A DNA stretch of 64,000 nucleotides from positions 13,355 to 77,354 of IMG/VR virus record IMGVR_UViG_2974528084_000001; one strand, 5' to 3'. The notes below the pieces were generated by a model. The model saw only the letters and a list, made by a program, of their open reading frames with translations, made no database searches and had not been told where the DNA came from. Each line of letters begins with the position of its first letter. Positions within the stretch are counted from its first letter, which is position 1. Origin of the DNA: a virus. Lineage: Duplodnaviria; Caudoviricetes. Positions 29,392-36,473 of this stretch are shown piece by piece. The position numbers and the translations under genes are program-made.

Positions 29392-29716
29392 CATCATCAC
29401 TTTGCTGCTTGGCGGGGGGCTTGCCGCGAGTGTCATCGAAGCAATCAAGTTCGTTACAACACGCAGACAGGTAAAGCGCAAGGATGAGGCCGCTTCCCAG
29501 AACGAGGAGGCCTCAGCTCAGGCCACCATCGGTGGGGCGTGGAAAGATCTTTGGCAGACCAACGATCAGTGGAACCAGCAGCTGAACGGTTTGCTGCAGA
29601 AGGAAAGGGAGAAGGGCGAGCTGTACGTGGATATTATCCAGGCAGCAGCCGACCTTCTCCCTCCCGATAAAGCTGATCCGATACTCGATCGGATGTACGC
29701 AGTGCGTCGGACCTAG
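29384..29716 (+). CDS. Single-TM coiled-coil membrane protein (holin-like)
   Basis: N-terminal IITLLLGGGLAASVI helix, then coiled coil. Last plus-strand gene. Confidence 0.6.
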   Translation: MNDIITLLLGGGLAASVIEAIKFVTTRRQVKRKDEAASQNEEASAQATIGGAWKDLWQTNDQWNQQLNGLLQKEREKGELYVDIIQAAADLLPPDKADPILDRMYAVRRT

Positions 29717-29952
29717 TATTCAGAATCCAGTTGATGGCGAGGCCGAGGGGTCTCGTCTCGAACGAGCGGGCCACGGCGGCTGAAGTCGTGGCCCGCTTCT
29801 TCTGTGCACGGCTTCTCGGTACCCTCGATCCGGCCGCAGTGGCTGCAGTACTTCTTCATAACTGTCACCCCCAATGCCCGGTTGAGGAACGTACCAAGGA
29901 CGCACATGCCTCCGATGATACAGGCATAGAGTACGACGGTGTACCAGTTCAT
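29713..29952 (-). CDS. Membrane-anchored small Zn-finger protein
   Basis: N-terminal TM, then CSHC...C...GH. Its stop overlaps the convergent stop within CTAG. Confidence 0.55.
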   Translation of the reverse strand: MNWYTVVLYACIIGGMCVLGTFLNRALGVTVMKKYCSHCGRIEGTEKPCTEEAGHDFSRRGPLVRDETPRPRHQLDSEY

Positions 29953-29954
29953 TA

Positions 29955-31160
29955 CTACTCCTTGATGAGCCGCTGCACAATCTTTGGCTTTGGCTCGCCG
30001 ATGCTCTCCTGGACGGACGATCGTAGCCTGGACTTCTGGGCTGCGTTCAGGGCGTTACCATTCAAGAGCTTGTCAATTTCACTGTTGTTGATCTTGCCAA
30101 GTGAAGCGAAGAGGTTATCCCCGATTATCTCTCGCACCGTCGCTGGATCGTAAGACTTCCGGCGGGACGACTTGAACACGACATGGTAGTCATCCGTATC
30201 GTATTCGATCTCGTCGTTCTCCATTGCATCTTCGAGCAGCTTTTCCATCACTTCTTCGATGGCGTACTTGATGGCCTTCTGGGCTCCCTCAAGTTCCACG
30301 TAACGCTTCGCCATCTCGTTGCGGTCGCCAGCCAGGGCCATGACCCCGCCTGCCTGTACGTTCTTCGTGAGAACGGGGCACGTAGCTTTCACTACGCAGA
30401 ACTGGCATTCCGAGTTGAGCGTGCGCTTGCCGGGCACAGGCTCGGCAATGATACGCTCGGCCACCTTGCGAACGTACTTCCAGGTGGCGACGTTGTCGTC
30501 GCGGGTGAACTTCACCTCGACGGGATCGTATCGGAGCTGATCGAAGCACACCCAGACCTCGTCGGGGTTGAGCTCGAACCCCAGCTCCTTGGCGATCTCT
30601 GCCTTGGCGAGCATGATAGCCAGACCGTACAGTCGGCCTTGCGCTTTCTGTCGCAAACCCTGCGGGGTGAGATGCTGACGCCAGGTCTTGTAGTCCACCA
30701 CGCGGACGATGGTCTTGCCGTTCTCCTCGAACATATCGAGACGATCGAAGATGAATGTGTACGGCACCTCGCCGATGGAGGTCTTGATGGTGACCCGAAT
30801 CTTGCGCTCGACCATGAGCACCTGAACCTTGTCGAGGTCGGTGCGTGCGAACCAGCGTTCGAGCATCTCAATGCCGTCGTTGTACAGGTCGTCCTTGGCA
30901 TCTGGAATGCGCATGAACTGCTTCATGAACTCTTGCTTGAAGTAAGCGACGAGTACATTCCAGTCTAGTTCCTCGCGGGTCTTGCTGATGTATACCTCGT
31001 CGACAATCCGCTCGAGTGAATCGTGCACGGCGGTGCCCAGCTTGGCTGGGTCCGAGCTACCCCCTGGGCTCGGCGTACGTTCAACCATCTCGGCGTGGTA
31101 CCTGAAGGTGCAACCCTCGAACACCTGGATGGAGGATGCCGAGATGGTTCTGAGTTCCAC
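29955..31160 (-). CDS. Cas4/RecB-family PD-(D/E)XK exonuclease with Fe-S cysteines
   Basis: ISASSI...CTFRY, GTAVH, FIFDRLD, VVDYKT, CQFCVVKATC. Likely GTG start at 31160 overlapping the WhiB stop (TAGTG). Confidence 0.88.
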   Translation of the reverse strand: MELRTISASSIQVFEGCTFRYHAEMVERTPSPGGSSDPAKLGTAVHDSLERIVDEVYISKTREELDWNVLVAYFKQEFMKQFMRIPDAKDDLYNDGIEMLERWFARTDLDKVQVLMVERKIRVTIKTSIGEVPYTFIFDRLDMFEENGKTIVRVVDYKTWRQHLTPQGLRQKAQGRLYGLAIMLAKAEIAKELGFELNPDEVWVCFDQLRYDPVEVKFTRDDNVATWKYVRKVAERIIAEPVPGKRTLNSECQFCVVKATCPVLTKNVQAGGVMALAGDRNEMAKRYVELEGAQKAIKYAIEEVMEKLLEDAMENDEIEYDTDDYHVVFKSSRRKSYDPATVREIIGDNLFASLGKINNSEIDKLLNGNALNAAQKSRLRSSVQESIGEPKPKIVQRLIKE

Positions 31161-31504
31161 TACTTGCTTCCCCTCTTCGTAGTAATGCCGCCCCATATGC
31201 CATCGGTCGAACCAGTGCGCTCGCGATAGTCGAGGCACTCGAGCTTAACGGGGCAGCTCATGCAAATCTTCTTCGCGCGATTAGCGCGGGCCGCTTGTCC
31301 CCGGCCAGGGAAGAACGCGTCTGGGTCGTGATACCCTACACAGAGGGCGCGTCGGGTCCACTCTTCGGGGACGAGACTGAAGGAGGCTTCGGGGGCGTCG
31401 GCGCCTGGGTCTCCGTACTCTTCTCCTTCTCCGCAGTCGCAAGGCTCTCCGGTTCGGTCGGGTCGAAGAGCGAGGGCTGCGCAGATTCCGTTGCACCTAA
31501 AGGG
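31160..31504 (-). CDS. whiB: WhiB-family Fe-S transcription factor domain lacking its own start codon; probable -1 frameshift product of 31336-31758
   Basis: Manual translation gives WTRRALC...DAFFP...KKICMSCPVKLEC...GIWGG. The frame is open from 31573 to TAG 31160 with no ATG/GTG/TTG before the domain. Missed by the ORF track. Confidence 0.8.
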   Translation of the reverse strand, partial: PFRCNGICAALALRPDRTGEPCDCGEGEEYGDPGADAPEASFSLVPEEWTRRALCVGYHDPDAFFPGRGQAARANRAKKICMSCPVKLECLDYRERTGSTDGIWGGITTKRGSK

Positions 31505-31758
31505 AGGCGCCCCCCGGACATCTCGAGCTCGAAAGCCGTCGTCGGCTCTTCGCCATCGAGCAGTTCGTCGGCGTCAGCTTGCGCATCAGCCTTGGCCTTC
31601 TGCTCCGACTGGAATGCCGTCTGCTGTAGGTGTGCTTCGAAGGCGGTCTGCGTGGGGGCCTTGGCTCGAAAGTCTTGGAACCCTTCCTGATCCATCCCTC
31701 CGCGCACCGGGTGCAACTCGTTGGGGCCAGCGGGCATTTTGAACTGCTGTTCAGTCAC
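31336..31758 (-). CDS. Hypothetical acidic protein (zero-frame partner of WhiB)
   Basis: AAGGAG RBS, GTG 31758. Contains C-CCT-TTA at 31504-31498 and QPSLF in its tail. Confidence 0.75.
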   Translation of the reverse strand: MTEQQFKMPAGPNELHPVRGGMDQEGFQDFRAKAPTQTAFEAHLQQTAFQSEQKAKADAQADADELLDGEEPTTAFELEMSGGRLPLGATESAQPSLFDPTEPESLATAEKEKSTETQAPTPPKPPSVSSPKSGPDAPSV

Positions 31759-31801
31759 TGCATTCTCCTTGTAGGTAGTGCTAGGCGGCGTGCTATACGT
31801 T

Positions 31802-31830
31802 AGCATACCGCACGGGTTTTACCCCGTAAA
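31802..31830 (-). promoter_or_regulatory. SigA-like promoter
   Basis: TTTACG-N17-TATGCT upstream of the 31758 gene. Confidence 0.5.
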
Positions 31831-31950
31831 CGCGGCGCGTCGCTCTACGATGTCCCAGAAATACTCTTGCATGAAGGCGGTGACCATGACCTTGGCCCGC
31901 CTCTCTGGCGAGGTCCACCAGTGCTGCTTGTGCTTGTGTCGTCTGAACAT
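31819..31950 (-). CDS. Small basic protein (43 aa)
   Basis: TAATG coupling to upstream gene. MFRRHKHKQHWW... Confidence 0.5.
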   Translation of the reverse strand: MFRRHKHKQHWWTSPERRAKVMVTAFMQEYFWDIVERRAAFTG

Positions 31951-32330
31951 TACTTCGCTTTCGATACGCCCGACGGCCCCTTTGGGGGACGACGGTTTGG
32001 CCCTGGGGGAGGGTTGTGTGTGGGGAACTTGAACAAGGTGAAGCGTCCGTTGATATTGATATTGCGACTGTTCATGTACTTCTTGCGCAGTCGCCTGGCC
32101 TTGCGACGATCTCGCCAGGTCATCTCCGACTCGTGCCACCATTCGCCCTTGGCGATGAACACTGACCCGCACTCGGGGCACAGCCAGAACGAATCACGCG
32201 GAGCCTTGGGCTCAAAGAACGGGTGCCACAGTCCGAACTCGTCTTCAGCTTTGTCGCCCCACGTTGGCGGCTTGCAGTTCTCGCCTGGGTAGCGCTCTAC
32301 CTTCTTTTCGGGTGACCATACGATAGGCAT
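31950..32330 (-). CDS. Hypothetical Zn-ribbon protein
   Basis: ATG 32330, CPECG motif, basic Pro-rich tail. Confidence 0.55.
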   Translation of the reverse strand: MPIVWSPEKKVERYPGENCKPPTWGDKAEDEFGLWHPFFEPKAPRDSFWLCPECGSVFIAKGEWWHESEMTWRDRRKARRLRKKYMNSRNININGRFTLFKFPTHNPPPGPNRRPPKGPSGVSKAK

Positions 32331-32332
32331 GA

Positions 32333-32428
32333 TTACTTCCAAGCGGAGACAGCCAGGCCCACGCAGATAGCTGCGACGAGCATCAGCACACTCAGCTTGA
32401 GGACCACGCCCCATGTCAACCAGTCCAT
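32333..32428 (-). CDS. 31-aa membrane peptide
   Basis: GGAGG RBS, TAATG coupling, single hydrophobic helix. Confidence 0.55.
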   Translation of the reverse strand: MDWLTWGVVLKLSVLMLVAAICVGLAVSAWK

Positions 32429-32607
32429 TACAACCTCCCCATCTTTCGTAGTCGTTCGATCTCGAACACGCCGAGCTGTCGCCAGCCCGCCATGCGCTTC
32501 CAGTGGGAACCGCAGACGGGGCACTCAACTACAGTGCCCTCATCCTCAGTCTCGCGTGCCATGACTACCTTGTCACAGCACTCACGCAAAGTCGGCGAAC
32601 ATGTCAT
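32428..32607 (-). CDS. Small Zn-finger protein
   Basis: CC...CPVCG...W motif. Start uncertain (32607 or 32562). Confidence 0.5.
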   Translation of the reverse strand: MTCSPTLRECCDKVVMARETEDEGTVVECPVCGSHWKRMAGWRQLGVFEIERLRKMGRL

Positions 32608-33304
32608 CGCCTTCTTCCTCCAGCTTCTTAGCGGACTCAAGGAAGTTGCGCTCGTCTAGCTCGATCGCAACGGCATTGCGACCACAGTTGCGAGCGGCTC
32701 GCACGAGGCTTCCTGACCCACCGAAGGGGTCCACGAGGAACGCACCCTCCTGGGTGGAGTGCTTGATAAGAGTCTCCAGCAAAGCCGGTGGCTTCTCGTG
32801 CGGATGAATGAGCTCATTCGGCCGGAGCTGCGAGAAATGCAGTACACCGTTGCGTCGCTTGGCGTAGCGAGGCGCACGACCCTTCTTGAAGAAGATGATG
32901 AACTCATGACCCTGTCCCCATGATTCAAGATCGCCCATTCCAGGGCCATCTTTCTCCCATACCAGGACAGCCTTGCGAACAAAGCCGAACTGCGCACAGA
33001 ACTCGTCGAGCATGACCAGCCAGTCCGAGAGGACCTGGTACGCAGTAAAGACGTAGAGGTCGCAGTCGGGCTTGGTCTTGGTGAGCAGGACCGACATGAC
33101 CTCCTTGAACACCTTGATTGCGATCTCGGGGGACTCGTCATTGGCGATCTTGCGTGCATACTTCTTGCCGCCCTCCGTGACGGCCATGTTGGAGAGGTTG
33201 TCTACCCCAAAGGGTGGGTCAGTGATGATACAATCCACCGACTCCTCCTTGAAGCGCTGGCACATCTCGACGGAATCGCCGTGCCAGATCTGATGAATCT
33301 TCAT
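32582..33304 (-). CDS. Orphan N6-A/N4-C DNA methyltransferase (beta class)
   Basis: DCIITDPPF (motif IV) precedes HPHEKP and VDPFGGSGS (motif I). Confidence 0.92.
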   Translation of the reverse strand: MKIHQIWHGDSVEMCQRFKEESVDCIITDPPFGVDNLSNMAVTEGGKKYARKIANDESPEIAIKVFKEVMSVLLTKTKPDCDLYVFTAYQVLSDWLVMLDEFCAQFGFVRKAVLVWEKDGPGMGDLESWGQGHEFIIFFKKGRAPRYAKRRNGVLHFSQLRPNELIHPHEKPPALLETLIKHSTQEGAFLVDPFGGSGSLVRAARNCGRNAVAIELDERNFLESAKKLEEEGDDMFADFA

Positions 33305-33396
33305 ATCACCTTCTCGTTATAAGTGGTATGTGCCGGCCTTGCCCCTACCGGCTCGTGTGTACCCTCAACTTCCACTTTACACACCGCCCAGCACGA

Positions 33397-33675
33397 TCAG
33401 TCGTCGATCTCGATCTCTTCGTCTTCTTCGATCTCGAGCTCGACGAGCTTGAACTCGGCGACCTGTCCGCCGAGGTAGTCGGTGAGCGACTCGGTGATCT
33501 CCGGACCTTCGCTGTCGAGGAAGTCCTCGAGCGTAGCGGTCGCGACCTCCACCTTCTGGTCGGTGGTCAGCTCGTCGGTGTCCTCGATGTCGTTCTCGGC
33601 CATGAGGTCCTCGAGCAGGTCGTCATCGAGGGTGATGGCGCCTTCTTCGACCTTGATCTTCAGGGTGACAATCAT
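33397..33675 (-). CDS. Extremely acidic 92-aa protein (DNA-mimic candidate)
   Basis: AGGAGG RBS. By hand count 33 D/E, 4 K, 0 R. Confidence 0.7.
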   Translation of the reverse strand: MIVTLKIKVEEGAITLDDDLLEDLMAENDIEDTDELTTDQKVEVATATLEDFLDSEGPEITESLTDYLGGQVAEFKLVELEIEEDEEIEIDD

Positions 33676-33676
33676 T

Positions 33677-33904
33677 TCAGTTACCTCCTGTGTTGGTTGC
33701 GATCTCGTCAACAGACAAGACCTTTACGGTGACATCGCCACCGAAGTTGTAGATGACATCTTCGAGCGCCACTTCGCCAGCCTCGAACATGTCGAGGTCG
33801 TACTTGACGGCCTCTTCCGGGGTTGTGATCGGAGTCTCCGAGCACTTGTAATGGTCGAGGTCGATCTTCGGCTCGTCGATCTCGACAATCAGGTTGATCT
33901 TCAC
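33677..33904 (-). CDS. Small acidic hypothetical protein
   Basis: GTG overlapping the cutinase stop (TAGTG), 75 aa. Confidence 0.55.
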   Translation of the reverse strand: MKINLIVEIDEPKIDLDHYKCSETPITTPEEAVKYDLDMFEAGEVALEDVIYNFGGDVTVKVLSVDEIATNTGGN

Positions 33905-34761
33905 TAGAGCTCCTTGGGTTCCATGTCTGCGAGCTTGCGTGCGATGTCGTTGGCGATCCACTCGGGGACCGTTACGCCGTCCACCTTGTACTTGCCGTAC
34001 GAAGTATGCACGTTGCTCGTTATGTACTTGATCCCCCGGTCAATGGTGCGCTTGAGCTTGGACCTGAATCGCAGGTAGCCGCCCAAGCCTTTGTATCCGT
34101 ACTCGTCGCGAATCTTCTTCTGGAAGCTCGCACTGTTTAGAACGGACAGCGAGTACCCAACCCAGCCGAGCACGTCACCAACCCAGAACTTGTTGGTGAA
34201 CACGCTGATCTCCTGGAACAGGTCCAGGCCTGGGTCCGAGCTGGCGATGATGTCGCCCGGTGCGCAGAACTGGAACACCCGCCCGCGTGCCCAGCGCCAG
34301 TCTCCGCGCTCCCCGGTGATACCCTGCCCGCCAGGGTCCGGGCCGACGACCTTGTCGTTGTGGTTTCGGCGCGGGTCCGAGATGCCATAGTAGGAGACGA
34401 GGTTGTTGTCGAGCTCGGGGTCCGGGTGACTGTCCAGAACCCACTCCATGAACACGTCTCCGCCGATGGTGGCACCTTGCGAATATCCCACGATGAAGAC
34501 TGGAACATTCGGCGGGATGGCCCTGAGCATCTTGCGCAGGTTTGTCACGCCCTTGTGAACCGAGCTCTCGTAGCTCGCCTTGTCGCCGTATCCCGAGGTG
34601 TACGGCACAGACCAGTGCGTGATTGCCCACTTGTGGTCCGTCTCCATGAGGCGACCGAGCGCGGAGCTGATCAGCTTGGTCATCCCGGTGGGCGGCAATG
34701 GACTCGGAGCGTCATGCGTCTCTGAAGTGCCGGGCACCAGGATCAGATACGCCTCTCTCAT
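33904..34761 (-). CDS. lysB: LysB-like cutinase / serine esterase
   Basis: VPGT...FIVGYSQGA nucleophile elbow...ISDPRR...FCAPGDII...HTSY. Typical cutinase/PE-PPE fold pattern. Confidence 0.78.
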   Translation of the reverse strand: MREAYLILVPGTSETHDAPSPLPPTGMTKLISSALGRLMETDHKWAITHWSVPYTSGYGDKASYESSVHKGVTNLRKMLRAIPPNVPVFIVGYSQGATIGGDVFMEWVLDSHPDPELDNNLVSYYGISDPRRNHNDKVVGPDPGGQGITGERGDWRWARGRVFQFCAPGDIIASSDPGLDLFQEISVFTNKFWVGDVLGWVGYSLSVLNSASFQKKIRDEYGYKGLGGYLRFRSKLKRTIDRGIKYITSNVHTSYGKYKVDGVTVPEWIANDIARKLADMEPKEL

Positions 34762-35279
34762 GCGATCTTGCCGTGCTTGAAGGGGCGCGACTGGTTGTAG
34801 CGCAGCTTGTAGATCACCGCTTCCGCCAGTGAGGCGTTGGCACCGGAGCGCTGGAGCTCCTCGGCCGAGTCTCCGAGGCGGATGATGATGTCTGCGAACT
34901 CGGAGAAGATGCCTTCGGCCTTGCGGATGGTGCCATCGGAGTTGTACGGGTCGGGATGACGAGCCTCGTCCTTCTTGACGCCGACCTTCTTGTCATTGAA
35001 CCAAAGCGGCGGCTCGTTCTCGCGCCATGATTCGAGGCCTTCGCTGACCTCGGAGTGGAGTAGTGCGGTGACCAGGCCGAAGTTGCGGGGCTCGCCGTTT
35101 TCCTCGTGGAAGCCGTGGGCATCGGTCGCTGTCCAGCAGCAGGCCTGAATCAGGTCCAGCGCTGTGGCGATCAGCGACTCGCCCTCGGTGGTCAGCTGCC
35201 CCGTCTGGTGGTTGTACAGATGGTCGACGGGCTGACCTGCCAAGAACGCCTCGGCCTGATCATGGGTGGGGTATGTCAT
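34758..35279 (-). CDS. MazG-like NTP pyrophosphohydrolase
   Basis: HGFH...HSEVSEGLE...SEFADIIIR...KLRYNQSRPFKHGK (ExxE / ExxD). Confidence 0.85.
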   Translation of the reverse strand: MTYPTHDQAEAFLAGQPVDHLYNHQTGQLTTEGESLIATALDLIQACCWTATDAHGFHEENGEPRNFGLVTALLHSEVSEGLESWRENEPPLWFNDKKVGVKKDEARHPDPYNSDGTIRKAEGIFSEFADIIIRLGDSAEELQRSGANASLAEAVIYKLRYNQSRPFKHGKIA

Positions 35280-35281
35280 TC

Positions 35282-35446
35282 TTACTTCTCCTTAATCACA
35301 ACGTGTCCGTTGATCCTGTTGAGGTATCTCTTCTGCCCCTTGTAGATGCCGTGCATTACGTCACCCTCGGGAGCCAGTAGCCACCGATGCAGAAACTCGA
35401 AGCGTTGCAAGAACATTCCAAGTCGATCGCGCTTCGAGTACGGCAT
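35282..35446 (-). CDS. Small basic protein (54 aa), not in ORF track
   Basis: TGATG coupling. MPYSKRDRLG...KEK. Confidence 0.5.
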   Translation of the reverse strand: MPYSKRDRLGMFLQRFEFLHRWLLAPEGDVMHGIYKGQKRYLNRINGHVVIKEK

Positions 35447-36009
35447 CAGGGCTCCCACTCGTTGTTGGCGATTTCTCCACCGCCGAGCTCATTCTTCAGC
35501 ATGGCTTCCCATGCCTCCTGTCCCTCCGGGGAGAACAGTTCTTCGATCGGACAGATCGCTGTTTCCTTCGGACGGAAGCCTTCGATGCTGTGGCGTATCT
35601 CAATCACCACATAGGGCCAAGTCGTAATCTCTTGCGACGACACCAGGCGCGACATGTTTTGGATGACCGCGCGGTCGTTGGGCAGGAACACCCCCTGCAG
35701 GGCGTCCTCCGTTCCCTTTTGCATGTTGGTCACATCGGCCCAATTGCGGGTTACAGTTTTCGAGCGCGTCTCGTATTGGGTGCGCTGTCGGCTAAACGAG
35801 TACCGAATTGAGTAGTACGGACCCGGCAGACTTTCCGCACCGCCCTCGAGTAGCTCCGCAACCAGCGCGTCCTGGTAGGACTTGAGGGTTTTGTTCGGTG
35901 TCACCTTAGGCCAGGGCTTGCGACCCTTGGTGATGACCTGAACATCTCCCATTGCCCACGGCTCAGGATTGAGATTCAGTGCCGCTGCCACGATGTTCGG
36001 GTAGCCCAC
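35446..36009 (-). CDS. rusA: RusA-like Holliday junction resolvase
   Basis: ADVTNMQKGTEDALQGVFLPNDRAV matches the RusA DxxN..K...DAL.G....xD motif. Confidence 0.8.
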   Translation of the reverse strand: MGYPNIVAAALNLNPEPWAMGDVQVITKGRKPWPKVTPNKTLKSYQDALVAELLEGGAESLPGPYYSIRYSFSRQRTQYETRSKTVTRNWADVTNMQKGTEDALQGVFLPNDRAVIQNMSRLVSSQEITTWPYVVIEIRHSIEGFRPKETAICPIEELFSPEGQEAWEAMLKNELGGGEIANNEWEP

Positions 36010-36110
36010 TGTTCACCTCCTTCTCCGCAAGGAATCTTGCATATCCCTGCGGGTACTCGTCGGGCATACTCAGGGCGATCTCTCGAACGCGTTGCTCAAA
36101 CTCATCTTCA

Positions 36111-36473
36111 TTAGACACGAGTGTCTCCGTACTGTGTGCGCACGAGCTTGAAGGTCTCGTTGATCTTCCATACACGCATGTGCAGAAAGACTGCGATGTC
36201 GAGTTCCATCTTCGCCCCCCGCGAAGCACCCCAGCCAGGCATGAGGACGAGGTCGGTGCACTCCAGCATGGCCTTGAGATCGGCGCGAACGTAGTCCTGG
36301 TAGGGCAGATCGCCGGGTTCGCCGGGAAGTGTGCGCGCAACCTCTGCTGGGCTGACCACATCGTAGCCCTGATTGCGCAGTTCCTTGGCGAACAGGTCAA
36401 ACTTGGCGAAGTTGTGCCCTTCGATGCCGGTCATCGGACCTGCGATGTAGAACTTCCGCAGCAATTCAACCAT
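36111..36473 (-). CDS. DUF4406 / nucleoside deoxyribosyltransferase-like protein
   Basis: YIAGPMTG...N...F...VVSPA...DL..ML.C..L..MPGW..SRGA.ME. Confidence 0.8.
   Translation of the reverse strand: MVELLRKFYIAGPMTGIEGHNFAKFDLFAKELRNQGYDVVSPAEVARTLPGEPGDLPYQDYVRADLKAMLECTDLVLMPGWGASRGAKMELDIAVFLHMRVWKINETFKLVRTQYGDTRV

Noticed and set aside
29955-31238. ORF-track N-terminal extension of the Cas4-like gene (start 31238)
   Set aside because: It overlaps the WhiB coding frame. GTG 31160 has an RBS and TAGTG coupling.
31444-31471. 8-bp stem (GCTCTTCG/CGGAGAGC) as the frameshift stimulator
   Set aside because: It begins about 26 nt after the heptamer, further than the usual 5-9 nt. It cannot be credited without folding calculations.
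33301-33375. 24-codon GTG ORF coupled to the methyltransferase start
   Set aside because: No clear RBS and too short to support. May be chance.
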